Positions 12,178 to 24,730 of a stretch of 64,000 bases of DNA are shown piece after piece; position 1 is the first letter of the stretch; each line of letters begins with the position of its first letter. This stretch comes from Laetmonice hystrix (taxonomy: Eukaryota). Location of the stretch: the NCBI GenBank assembly GCA_965235115.1, contig OZ249436.1:50654001-50718000 (forward strand). The letters are read 5' to 3'. Below the pieces are notes generated by a model, which was not told where the DNA came from, searched no databases, and saw nothing but the letters and a program-made list of their open reading frames with translations. The position numbers and the translations under genes are program-made.

Positions 12178-12949
12178 TACTCACCCCGGTGTACTCTACT
12201 CACCCCGGTGTACTATACTCACCCCGGGGTACTGTACTCACCCCGGGGTGCTGTACTCACCCCGGGGTGCTGTACTCACCCCGGGGTACTGTACTAACCC
12301 CGGGGTACTGTACTAACCCCGGGGTACTGTACTAACCCCGGGGTACTGTACTAACCCCGGGGTACTGTACTAACCCCGGGGTACTGTACTAACCCCGGGG
12401 TACTGTACTCACCCCGGGGTGCTGTACTCACCCCGGGGTACTGTACTCACCCCGGGGTACTGTACTCACCCCGGGGTACTGTACTCACCCCGGGGTACTG
12501 TACTAACCCCGGGGTACTGTACTCACCCCGGGGTACTGTACTCACCCCGGGGTGCTGTACTCACCCCGGGGTGCTGTACTCACCCCGGGGTACTGTACTA
12601 ACCCCGGGGTACTGTACTAACCCCGGGGTACTGTACTAACCCCGGGGTACTGTACTAACCCCGGGGTACTGTACTAACCCCGGGGTGCTGTACTCACCCC
12701 GGGGTACTGTACTAACCCCGGGGTGCTGTACTCACCCCGGGGTACTGTACTAACCCCGGGGTGCTGTACTCACCCCGGGGTACTGTACTAACCCCGGGGT
12801 ACTGTACTCACCCCGGGGTACTGTACTCACCCCGGGGTACTGTACTAACCCCAGAGTACTGTACTAACCCCGGGGTACTGTACTCACCCCGGGGTGCTGT
12901 ACTCACCCCGGGGTACTGTACTCACCCCGGGGTGCTGTACTCACCCCGG
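12178..12949. repeat. Minisatellite, 19-bp unit, ~40 copies, palindromic core
   Basis: Unit GTACT(C/A)ACCCCGGGGT(A/G)CT; contains the perfect 10-bp palindrome ACCCCGGGGT. Confidence 0.98.
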
Positions 12950-13692
12950 TTAGAAATCCAATAAGGTGACGCATACAATCATGTAGCCATACAGCCTTCC
13001 TTCCATCTATCCATACATTTAAGTTTTCCTATCCATATCCTTTCCACACATAACGCATGCACACCCATACATCAAACATGGATCTATACATACGTACATT
13101 GCACACACATACTTATGTACAAATACAAAACTGTCAGCATCATTATCAACTGTCGGACGGGCGAGGGGGCACAATCACTGATTGCACTCACTGTACCGTT
13201 CTTATATACTACAGTGTTGGCCAGCCTAGGGCATCTGAAGGTATGGAGGTTGCAGGTATAGCGGAAGGTCACATTAGCTCGGAGATTTGCCGATCTGTCG
13301 GCACTCGGACCGAAACCCGGCGTCTTACCCGTATCGTCTTTCCTACAACGGTTCCAAGGGCGATACCGATGTCGACACGGGCCGGAAGCCACTGACATCC
13401 GCCGGCTAGGTGGCACCACTGAAGCTGACTCTCCCTCCCCCCCCCCCCCCCAGTCTCGTCCCTCCCCTTGGAAATATTGGGGTAGAATCCTGGGTGTACT
13501 TCTGCTATGTTTATGGTTGTTCCTTTGGTAACACCTGAAACGCCTCAGACAACCGGTGGTAGCAGTGAGGTGGGCGTCGCCAAGTGGTTTCACTGATTCG
13601 GTGCGTGAACAGAAGCCACAGGTTGTTTGAGGTCTTTGACATCTCAAAAAACGCAGATGTTTCATTCTACAAAATAGTTAATTCAGACTGGA

Positions 13693-13831
13693 GCAGATTC
13701 TGGATATGGTAGAGTGGTAAAATAGTTTCAGAAGACTGCAGATTCTGGATATGGTAGAGTGGTAAAATAGTTTCAGAAGACTGCAGATTCTGGATATGGT
13801 AGAGTGGTAAAGTAGTTTCAGCAGACTGCAG
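13693..13831. repeat. Tandem repeat, 45-bp unit, 3 copies
   Basis: GCAGATTCTGGATATGGTAGAGTGGTAAAATAGTTTCAGAAGACT x3. Confidence 0.95.
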
Positions 13832-15438
13832 AGCTGCATGGGTGGGCATCGTGAAATTATGCCTTCAGAATGTGCTATCGCGAGATATTACGTGATAATG
13901 TCACCCAGTGACCCCGAGTTTGATATAGAAATGGAGCCTATGACTTTCATTGTATAAGTATTATAAAACCATGAGTTATCTGTTAATGTGATTAATATGC
14001 CAAAGTGTAAAGTAACTGAATGAGCACTAAAGAGGTGTCGGCAGAGTGTGCACTCACTCTCCCTCTCTCATTCTACACGTCATAAAAAAGCAGACGGTAA
14101 ATGGCGTGAGGATTGCCAGACGACAGCAGTCGCTGTAAGAGAGACACAAAGATGGACGTATTTACGTGAAAAGACAACACGAGCCTAGATGTGGACCCGA
14201 TGTTCAACAGCCGGACAAAAAGGACAAAATTCATGGAGTTACAAAACAAGAGATATAAATATTGGTCGTGGTCGATTACATGGTGAGAGCATCGATATAT
14301 CGTTTGTCTCAGTGATAGAGTGGTTACACCAGATGTATACTATAGATATAGTGTAAGGTCCTACACCGGTCCAGTTACATTCGCACGGTGGAAAAGACCC
14401 CGCCTAAAATGCACCAGAATACACCTATACTTGTCTACCATGCTACATAGTATGCTAGGTCGTCTTATCTGATTATTAATATCACATGACAACGAACTTC
14501 CGGCCACAGAAGCATCATTTTGCGGTTGGCTAGACCGGGGATTCTTTGTTTGGTAAACAACTTCCAAAGTCAATATACAACTAATTTAAATGTATAGGTA
14601 TCAGTGGAGAAAGCAAGGAGACCCCTATCAACATAGCATAACATATCTCTCTTTTTCAACACCTTTTCAGAGCATGAGGTTGTCAGACAAGACTCCAGAG
14701 TCCATGATACAAACCTCTTACATTTCTAAATTTTAACAAGTCCACCAAAGAGCACCTGGTGATCCACCCTATTTGTATAGTTTCTTCAATTAATTGACCC
14801 GGGAAAGAACAAGGAGGAAATGTGAGGGAAATCCCCTTATAAACGATAAATACCACTGAGACAGCATGTCATGTTCGCAGCGGTCACATGTATAATCGGT
14901 TCCACGAGCGACTATAGCAAGTGTATGTGTGAAACCGGTTTGTCTGGGTGTCGACACCCCACCTGCATACCATAAACTAAAACTCCAACAATCGGACGGA
15001 GGAGAGAGAGGAGGGGGAGGGAAGAAACTTTCCACACGGGCAACCGTCGACGTTTTTATATCCGACATGTCAAACAGACCTGTTGCTGAGGGTGACGAAT
15101 GCTATGTCTGAACACAGGCCATTCTAACTGCTACTTCTACCATCCCGGCAGTTTACTCTCTGTATTGGACAGATAGGCAATGTGTTCAGGCGTCCGCAGC
15201 TCATTGTGCGAACTGAAGATGGTGATGTTTCACATGAAGGGATTGTAAGTCTAATGACACGGTGGGGAATCCCCTGAGGCTTCCAGGTCCTACGATATAA
15301 TTTCAAGGACAGACAATTATTGCTCAGCAAATTCCAGCCGGCCGTAGAATATTCGTAGTAGATCTATTTAGGAAGAGGAGGAAATATCCAATCATTATGT
15401 GTCTACCTTGGACAGTCTTGTCATAATGAACACATTTA

Positions 15439-15521
15439 TATGGAATAGTTTATACAGAACATTTTCTATGGAATATTTTATACAGAACATTTTCTACGGA
15501 ATATTTTATACAGAACATTTT
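15439..15521. repeat. Tandem repeat, 28-bp unit, ~3 copies
   Basis: TATACAGAACATTTTCTA(T/C)GGAATATTT repeated. Confidence 0.9.
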
Positions 15522-18500
15522 TTCTGGAGGTGCATTATTATTTCCCCACTCATCTGTGACACTTATATACGGCGAGACATTCATGATAATTATTGAATGA
15601 CAACAAGCAACGGTTAGATAAGGACTCTTGGTTCCCAGGGGGTATAATTTAAATTCGATATAATCAAATAATAATGCCGACTTCAATCCTTGAATTTCTC
15701 ACACCAATGAACAATTTTCTTTTAATCTTGTATACAGCGAAGGCCACTCGGATGTATTAGCGCGTCCTGTTGTTTATAAAGTTCCTCTCCATGTTTGTCT
15801 CTATTCTCCTCGTATCGACCCAAGCAGAAACACTGTTCTAATTAAGATAAGTCCGTCCACCAGCCTATCCATATGGAACCGGTACCTTATCGCAACACGA
15901 CAAATTGCATCCGCTCTTTCCCATAAGAATGGCGTTCCATCAGGGCCATGACATCAGCACTGGCCATCTTTGGTATGCCAGAGACGTGTCTCTCTTTACT
16001 GCATATACGCCCGCCCGTAACCAGTCTACGCTACACATTGCGTAACGTCATCAGGACTGACAAGTTTCTGTCAAAAGATGTCAACGCCACACCCCTTGAA
16101 TTCATACACAGGCCCGTATACCCCCTCGGTATTCTCACACCCCAAATATCTCAGATGATTGTCATCGTATTTGATTTGGGTATACGCCTATTGTATATAC
16201 TGTTGGTGACAGAAGTAGCATTTTCTGGTGGCGTAATCGATGGCAAAACATGTTTGCCATCGACATGTTTGCCATCGCCTTCTTCCAAACTGTCTGCGAG
16301 CAGACGATCGAAATGTCGTATCAACTGATCGTATTTCCGGTATGATCTCGTCATATACTCTCCGAATAAACTTGATAAAGTATAGGATCTCTGATGAATA
16401 CAATGTCTCTTGGACTTAGACAATAAAGTGTGGCGTTTCTGCATATCTATGGAATACATCCGCACACTCGTGTACGAAGTACAACGAAGGTAACACTAGT
16501 CTAAGAATTTACCGAAGGTAACACTAGTCTAAGAATTGACTATGTAACCTGCTGCAGGGATACGAACTTCGATGTCAGAAAAGCTGCCTTTCGTTCACCT
16601 AGGTTCGCTGGAAAGGTCGTACACTTGTTGTCCCGTTCAAACAAGCCATAGCCAATTACTTCCGCGTCTGAAATAACTTGCCCCAACTGAAGCCCAATGT
16701 CCGTCTCTACAGTATTTGTTTATCTTCTTGGTGTTCACGAAAATGACAGAAGACGTTGTACCTCTGTGATCCACCTTTTACATCTAAACACGCCCAAACC
16801 TATCTTTTGGCGAGGTTGAAATACCTAACAAGTTTACATTAGCCATTCAAAGGAGAAGGGGTCATCCAACGACAGACAGCTGTTTCTGAGTGTCGTCTGT
16901 GGTCTTCAAAATGAGTACCAGATGACAGGAGCTCTTTGAAACATTCCGGTGGCCACCAACGTCCTGGCCACGTTGGGACCCACCGAGGGCCCCACTCGTC
17001 AATCGGTAATTATACCCCGGGCCCACACAGCTACTCTACAAACAAGCATAATAAGTCCTTCCACTACGCCACCCTTTATCTTTGCTTTTCCGGCAAATAA
17101 ATATTTACGTTTATGTCAGCAATCTCGGGCAAAGAATAGAAAACAAAGGTTGACTGCTGAGACGTATCATCTTGGACTTGTTACTGAAGATTTTCTTCCA
17201 TGGAATACATTAAACCATGACAGCGAGATGCCGGTTGAAACGTAAGGCAGATTTCATAATTGTATATCATGATGCCAATTCACAGTCTGATCTAAAACCA
17301 CACCTTCCGTTAACTTTGGCGGCAGATAGGTGAACTTCTTCTCCCATCTGTCTCTACAGCTCGGACATGCCCAGACCTGTTCGGGGCGGGGTAGCGGAGG
17401 TATGGAATTCCCCAGAAATGAGTGATGCCTTCTTGGTTTCAGAATGACGGTGTTCATGTTTGCCTTCGACATCTCGCCTGTATAAAACTGATTTGAGCAA
17501 TGTTTTGAAGCGATAACAGGAGTAAGTTGATCGATGAACCGATACTTGACGGTATAAAAATAAATACATCCCTGAATATCGAGTTAAATGTCCTAAAGTC
17601 ACCCACGGACAAAACTACCGTACCCAGGTCACATGACCATAGGGAGGGTCGTGACCTTTCGTACTATCTTCAATTCTTGTCGTGGAGTATAAACTTCACG
17701 GTGGCCAGCTCTTCCAATGTTTGTTTACTTTGACGACAGGAAATATGTCTTGCTAACGGTGTCATTTTGGTATCAACAGGACCACCTGGACAGTTGACTT
17801 TTATGTTTGTCCTTTGTGAGAAAAGTGATTTGACAAATTGCTCGGTATAGGTGGTGCTAATTGCGTGGGAAGCGCTTTTCTACTTCTCGCATGCTCGATA
17901 TTCTTACAATTTGCTGTAACTAGTAATGACGAGTAATTACTTTAGTAATTTAACAAAATGCCCGGATTTAAGATATCCGAGGCAACCATAAACATAGTAG
18001 CGCCGTTATTGGTAAATTTCAGTATCATATCCGTATACCTCGGGAGTACTTTTTATACTGATAACCTCTGTTCGAGGTAAAGACAATTTCATGGGGAAAA
18101 AAGCAACAGTTGATAATACTGAGGATGTGAGGTTACATAAAATACCTGGACCAGAAATATTATATGCTTTCTCTCTTCTCGTGTGCATCTCCAATTATAN
18201 NNNNNNNNNNNNNNNNNNNNNNNNNNNNNNNNNNNNNNNNNNNNNNNNNNNNNNNNNNNNNNNNNNNNNNNNNNNNNNNNNNNNNNNNNNNNNNNNNNNN
18301 NNNNNNNNNNNNNNNNNNNNNNNNNNNNNNNNNNNNNNNNNNNNNNNNNNNNNNNNNNNNNNNNNNNNNNNNNNNNNNNNNNNNNNNNNNNNNNNNNNNN
18401 NNNNNNNNNNNNTGCTCGAGTGGTTGTCACCCGTGCTGCCATGGCCGGGTCAGGAGTTATCATTGACCTCTCAGATAAGCCTTGAGGGTTGCCCCTGCCT

Positions 18501-21420
18501 GCTGCCCTGGCCCTGCAGGTTTATGCTATTCTTGTCAGCGCATCACGCAGTCCAACCTAAACCGACTGCAGCCATCACGCTGCCCGATGATAGCCACGCA
18601 GCTTCTTCAAATGCTCATTTACCGCCGAGTTGGAGTATGTAGAAATTTATGATGGACACAAAGTACGGAACCTTGCAGCACTGGCCGAGGGTTCACGAAT
18701 GTTCTGTTATGTAGTTACCCGGCCCCGGGTATCAAACACGTGGAGCACGTGCACGTGCTCTTGATGGATGAGAATGCACTCAATGTACAGCCGTGTTACC
18801 CACTTATAATAGAACTAGTGTACTATCAGGCCCGTCCTAGGGTTTTTACTCACCCACTCCAGGGTAATAAACCACGTTTTCTTTCCACCCTAACATTAGT
18901 ACGTGTACAAATAACATTACCCGAAAGACCGTTTTTATGGACATGATATATTAGATGTACGCTGTATGTATACATGTCCAGATACGAGAGAGAAAAAATA
19001 ATGTTTGCCCTCATTCGGCGGCTCATGAGGAACCGTGAAGAAGCCTTTCTACATCTACTAAGTAATGATTATGATTAATTATTATTATAGAGTCTATGAA
19101 AAGTAAATGAGTATTAACTCGATTTGTTAACCCAAAGACACCTTGCAGATCGACAATGAGCACCTTTCAATCACTGACTCCCAACATGGCCAAACACACT
19201 ATCTGTCCTATGGACATAACTTTCGCTGTACAAAATGTTTTAAATAGTCTACATCGAATAAGGCTGGCTCTAGTGATCCGAGCGGCATCCAATGTTAAAC
19301 TTTCACAGGTACAGAAGATACGGCCCGAGGAGACTCTCTCCCCTCTCACTAACTTACTTAGAGAAACGATTGATTTACTCGGTGAGATGTTTACATTAGA
19401 GATATGTAACAGTAATCATTGACAGTCAGGTGATAGCTTTTACACCCTTCCATGTAATATTGCTATAAGTGACCATCATTTATATAATGTTATCGCAGCT
19501 AATGTGAGAGAGTCAGAACAAACTGATAACAACATGTGCAGAAAATGTTCATTATAATCAATCCCTTAAATCTATAATATATGTTATCATAGGTATATTT
19601 ATATAGGAATATATATGTGTAATATACCATGCTTACACATATAAATATCGCTGTACTCTAGCGTCTTGGCCTGGCACGGTACCCGTCCGTGATGAGTGAC
19701 GGACAGGTCGTTACGTCTTCGTTCGGCGCACATTCGTCGTAACAGCATCCACAAATACCGGTGTAAAAATACCTGCACGGATTCCGTACATATCTTCTCG
19801 GTTTAGATCCGCATATATACCTCTGTATCATAGGTAAATAAACAAACGCCGCAAAGACCCGTACATCTCACCGACCGACCTGAGTACTGTGATAAAATAG
19901 CTTCCCTAGCCGATTTCCCCGCCAACATGGGAGGAGCAGTTGGGGTTCGTATCGTTCAAAGTGTAACAATTGTCGTTCCGAATTTCTCCCGGGATCAGGG
20001 GGGTGTGAGAGGGACCGGAAGGGGGTAGGGTGGAGAGGCTGGGCGGCCAGTGTTTCCATATCGTCAATCAAGGGCTCGGAGCCAAGTATAACATGTTATA
20101 TGGCACCAGAGTCCTGAGCACAGAAGGGGGTAAATATACATGTTCAGGGATTGGCTGTACAGCTCTCGTGCATGGTGGCGGAATGACGGAGGGGGGGATG
20201 GTGACTCAGCGGCCTTACTATATACCTTGAGGGGTGGGGGTGGGGGTATGTTTAGGGACCTAGAACTATGTTAGAGTATACAGGTCAGTTGTGTCATTCA
20301 CGGTGTGTGAATGAGACACATGTTACATGTTCTGCCTCCTTTCTTCCTACATCGACGTACATTTGTATTTTTCTTTCGTTCTTTCTTGGCTTCTCAGCTC
20401 ATACTTTCTACTGGTATTCTAGGGGGATTTGACACAGGAATAAATAAAGAAACTAAAGAAAACAGCTGCCTCAGTCTGCGAGTAATATGGAAACTGGCAT
20501 GTTTACTGTTTTTTTCTGAAATGTACTCATACATATTATAGGCATTACAATGGTATGAATTGTGGTGCAACGACCCAGAGTATATCGCCGTCCGAATATA
20601 GCAAGCAATGTGCGTACACTGACGATTGACAGGTTCTGGCCATCAGTGTATACTATACAAGTTGTAAATGTCCGCTAAGGGCACGAACTCTGTAGTACGA
20701 GTTAAGTTTTTAATGTTTTCGTTATTGTACATGGTATTTACTCATACAGTGCTTATCTGAAGTCGTGTCAGGAAAAATGATTTCATAAATATCTCATTTG
20801 GTAAGCTCAATTTACAAATCAAAGAGTCAACTTTTGAACCAGGTCACCAGCAGGAGTTGGCCCGGTCAAGATTAATCAAAGTTCAAATTTCCCTTTGTGC
20901 TGACCTCTGAGGTCACGAGAAACAGCGAGAAGTCGGAGCGTCCAGTAGAATCGCTCCCTTGGTGTTTGCAAACACGAGGTGCAGAGGGCGCCACGTGTTC
21001 ATTTATCAGGATCCGGTGGTATGAGGATTGGCGGCCGACAGACAGTGGTTAGGGCGACCAGTGGCAGCAGGCCATAGATACCAAGTGGACGCTGTCTGAT
21101 CCCAACAGCGGGATATTGCGAGATTCCCGCCGAGAACTCCCATGTTGCTGTGCGTGCGCACGCGCCGGCCTGCCGCCGGGTACAAGTGGATACGGCAGGG
21201 CGTGGGGCAGCGTGTCAAGGACGTGACCTGCCGCGTGGCTGAGGTCACATAACAACAAGTTGTGATACCAAATGAAATTGCCTAAGTTAAGGTATGTCAT
21301 GTGACTCCTGTGACCTTGCTGCTTATAGAGTGAATAAAGAGTTCATCTAATTCCGCGCATATCTATCTCAGGATGAGTAGCATCACTCTACTCTCGTGAC
21401 AAATTCATTTACAGCATTCA

Positions 21421-21744
21421 AGATACATTACGCCTCACTTTACGCCTTACATGACCAGATACATCACGCCTCACTTTACGCCTTACATGACCAGATACAT
21501 TACGCCTTACTTTACGCCTTACATGACCAGATACATCACGCCTCACTTTACGCCTTACATCACCAGATACATCACGCCTCACTTTACGCCTTACATGGCC
21601 AGATACATCACGCCTCACTTTACGCCTTACATGACCAGATACATCACGCCTCACTTTACGCCTTTTATGGCCAGATACATCACGCCTCACTTTACGCCTT
21701 ACATGACCAGATACATCACGTCTCACTTTACGCCTTACATGGCC
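21421..21744. repeat. Minisatellite, 36-bp unit, ~9 copies
   Basis: Unit AGATACATCACGCCTCACTTTACGCCTTACATGACC; explains the HHASLYALHDQI repeat ORFs. Confidence 0.97.
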
Positions 21745-24243
21745 CAGGCTACACTTTTCTTCCTTGTCTTTTTAAAAAAAAATCGGTACAATATTGATGA
21801 CTTACCGATTAAAAGGAACAAAACATAAAGGAACTCGCAAAATTGTTGGAAATCTAAGGCGATATTTCTTTGGTGGCATTAATAAAACTGTATTGTTGCC
21901 ACTTCCTCCACATTAAGACGATACAAAATAATAAGTTTCCAGTTTGAAAATTGAGCTTAAATTTCAAGTTTATTTCTCAAAGGTACTGACAGTTACCCCA
22001 GGTATATAAGTCCCGGCGTCGAGATCAGAGCTTAGGTTACAATAAGACCGCCGTATTGGTGGTGTTACATCGAGCCAGTCGTATAGAATGAAACCTCAGG
22101 AAAACTATGGAATATTTCTGGCTCTCGCTGATCTGACCCAAACATAGAGTGGCAATCCTTTGATCTGCCAGACCTGGCCCTCTCCTGGGCACAAACAACC
22201 TTCCGTACACTGGGCGAACGGTGGGGGTCTGTTTTTTCTCTTTGCAGGGCCAGAACAAAACACACTCTCAGTGGACAAAAAACGATACTGATGTCAAGAG
22301 TGGCGGCCAAGGCTCGCACTCCGGAGGTTACTAAGGCAAACAGATGTCCTCCGACGTCTGAGACAAGGCAAACAGACGCTTAGTTATACACGCCGACATT
22401 AGCGACTTACTGGAGCAAGTCGCTCACCACCACCAGCGTCAGCCCGAGGAGTGGGAGCCGGGGGGCCGACAGGTGTGCAGCTTCGGGCCAACAAAGTCTG
22501 GCTATTATAAGTAGAGGATCGTATTGGGTGCTGTCTCTCGGGGAAAAACTCCACGAGGAATGCCACTGACAGGAAGCAAATATCGGTCAGCTTTCGTCTG
22601 GCCACCCAATGTCCGTTAACACCTTCGCATTTTTCAGCGTTGTACAGGGATGAAAAAAGTGTAGTTTAAACGTTGTTCATTTACCTGAACCAACATACCA
22701 AACAGCCCGGCCTGTAATCAGAAGTTTGTACAGCCCGTTTGCCTCAAACTAACATCGTTTCTATATCGCCCACGCTAACCATACCCCCTGGCAAGGGCCA
22801 TGTACATGTAGTTGCTATACTGGCCCAGTTCTTAGATACATCTACTCGATATATACTTACTATACTTGGATTGTATCACATTCCTTGAAATTGTTCTGTG
22901 TTCACACTAGTCCCTATCGATATTAGTATAGGGAGATCAACGTTCTGTTTATAAGAACATATTTGTTTTTTTTTTCACATGTTATTTCGAGGGGGGGGGG
23001 GGTAATCGTCAGGTTTACGTATACATTTATCCTCATTGCACAAAATAAATTTTCTTTCCATTGTGCACCCCCCTCCCCTCCGAGTTAAAGTGTGCTTTGA
23101 AGCCTATACATGCAACTTAGTGCACACCAGGCCTATAACCTATCTAATGCATGTCGACGTGTTTAAATCACGACTTTCGGGGAAAGAAAACGAGAAGGGA
23201 AAAAGACATCGACTACCATCTGGTCGGGCACTCAGCGTCTTTGGCTTCCATTCATGGCTCCAACACGGAACGCCACAACGTACGCGTAGGAATCCATGAG
23301 CAGATCCGTGCGCGCCGAGCCTCGCTACAACTCACCCAGCGCAGGCGGCGGAAAATAGGAACTACTTTTTCTTACAACCACGTGCGGAGGCGTACCGATG
23401 GCACTCATTGATAAGATAGTCACCACTTCCGTTATCTGGGAAAGGTCAAGAGTCCAGCTGTACAACTACTGGCCAGCCTGCAAAAATAACACTTCATTCC
23501 GGCCCAAATCGTTTACACCTTCCGGTAATAGTGCCTGCGCATGTGCACAGCGTTACCTCTAATAAATTCGGTCACAACTGGATTTATATCCCCCAGTTTA
23601 CAGCCACCATGACGTTGGTGGACGCCCCGGCGGGCGGTCCAAGCAGTCTTATTTATGGACAGTAGTGATGAAGCTTTTTGAAGGCGTACCGTCAACATCG
23701 TCCAGCATTTGGTGTAATGGCTTCGAAATGCCACCGGAACCTTGTATAGGTGGCTGTTAACCTCAGTGGGTACCTTTTCGTACCACCCACCTGGCGGTAG
23801 GCGCATGTTACTGGTTTACAACCCGTTACAACCTCACTCTCCATGATTGTCACGCTGCGGAAGCCGAATTCCAAACAAACCATGGTATTGACTTTGGTCT
23901 ACAGAATGAGAGAATCGCGATCGTAAAAGAAGCTACGTGATGATTATAGCACGATACTAAGGAATTAACCACATGTCAGCATCAATATCGTAGAGCAGGC
24001 TGAAATGGCATTTGTATGCATTATCTAATAAAATCGAGCATACACATTATAATGTATTAGTCCATGTACTATTGCACGGTCTAAAGTCTAAAGTCTAGGA
24101 ATAGCCCTTTCTACTAACATTCATTCAAGGATATGTTTATCCACTTCGGAGAGTATGAAAAAAATAGTCAGAATAGAACAGTTGATTTCCGTCTACCGTG
24201 ATATCGCCACGAGAACAGAATTTTACATTGGAGTCATCCACTG

Positions 24244-24730
24244 ATAGTCGAGTTGCTACCCAACTGGACCTGGAAATTCTGTTAAGTACAAGGTTTTATG
24301 ATTGAAATGTGTTCCCATGGGCCCTAGGAATATTTGACCTTGTCCTTGACCTCGGATGAAAAGTTGTAGTCTGGAATAGGTTACCTATATCAAACTTGTA
24401 TATACAATATACCATTAGGCATGAGTATATGCCAAATAAGATGAAATAACGGAGAAAAAAGCAAAATGTGTCAATTTTCCATGAGAATGACTTTGAACTT
24501 GACCTTTGACCTTGACCTTGACCCCCTGGTTCAAAAGTTATTTTTCATTAGGTTAATTCAGGCTAATTATGCTAATTAGCTAATTAAAAATTTTCCCCAA
24601 AGTTGATTTGTTGCCAACAAAGTTCAAAATATTCCTAGGGCCCATGGGAACACATTTAAATCATAAAACCTTGTACTTAACAGGATTTCCAGGTCCCTAA
24701 TAGAAATGGTAAGGGCGGCTACTCGACTAT
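24244..24730. mobile_element. Non-autonomous fold-back/MITE-like element with long inverted repeats
   Basis: Inner arms 24266-24335 and 24627-24696 are 68/70 identical reverse complements. There is an outer 10-bp inverted repeat ATAGTCGAGT/ACTCGACTAT, and the interior has TGACCTT repeats. No clear TSD and no coding capacity. Confidence 0.8.

Noticed and set aside
13084-13665. 193-aa minus-strand ORF
   Set aside because: Random-looking composition, crosses a poly-G run, and no motif recognised.
15790-16403. Minus-strand frame with PAN/Apple-like (TCFAIDYATRKCYF) and WSC-like (RYLGC) fragments
   Set aside because: In-frame stops are about as frequent as in random sequence and key cysteines are missing; only a tBLASTN/HMM hit would revive it.
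19685-19710. Hammerhead-ribozyme-like TGATGAG hairpin; also CTGAAGA in the 68-bp array and CTGATGA at ~55318
   Set aside because: None has the full CUGAnGA-stem II-GAAA core with compatible stems.
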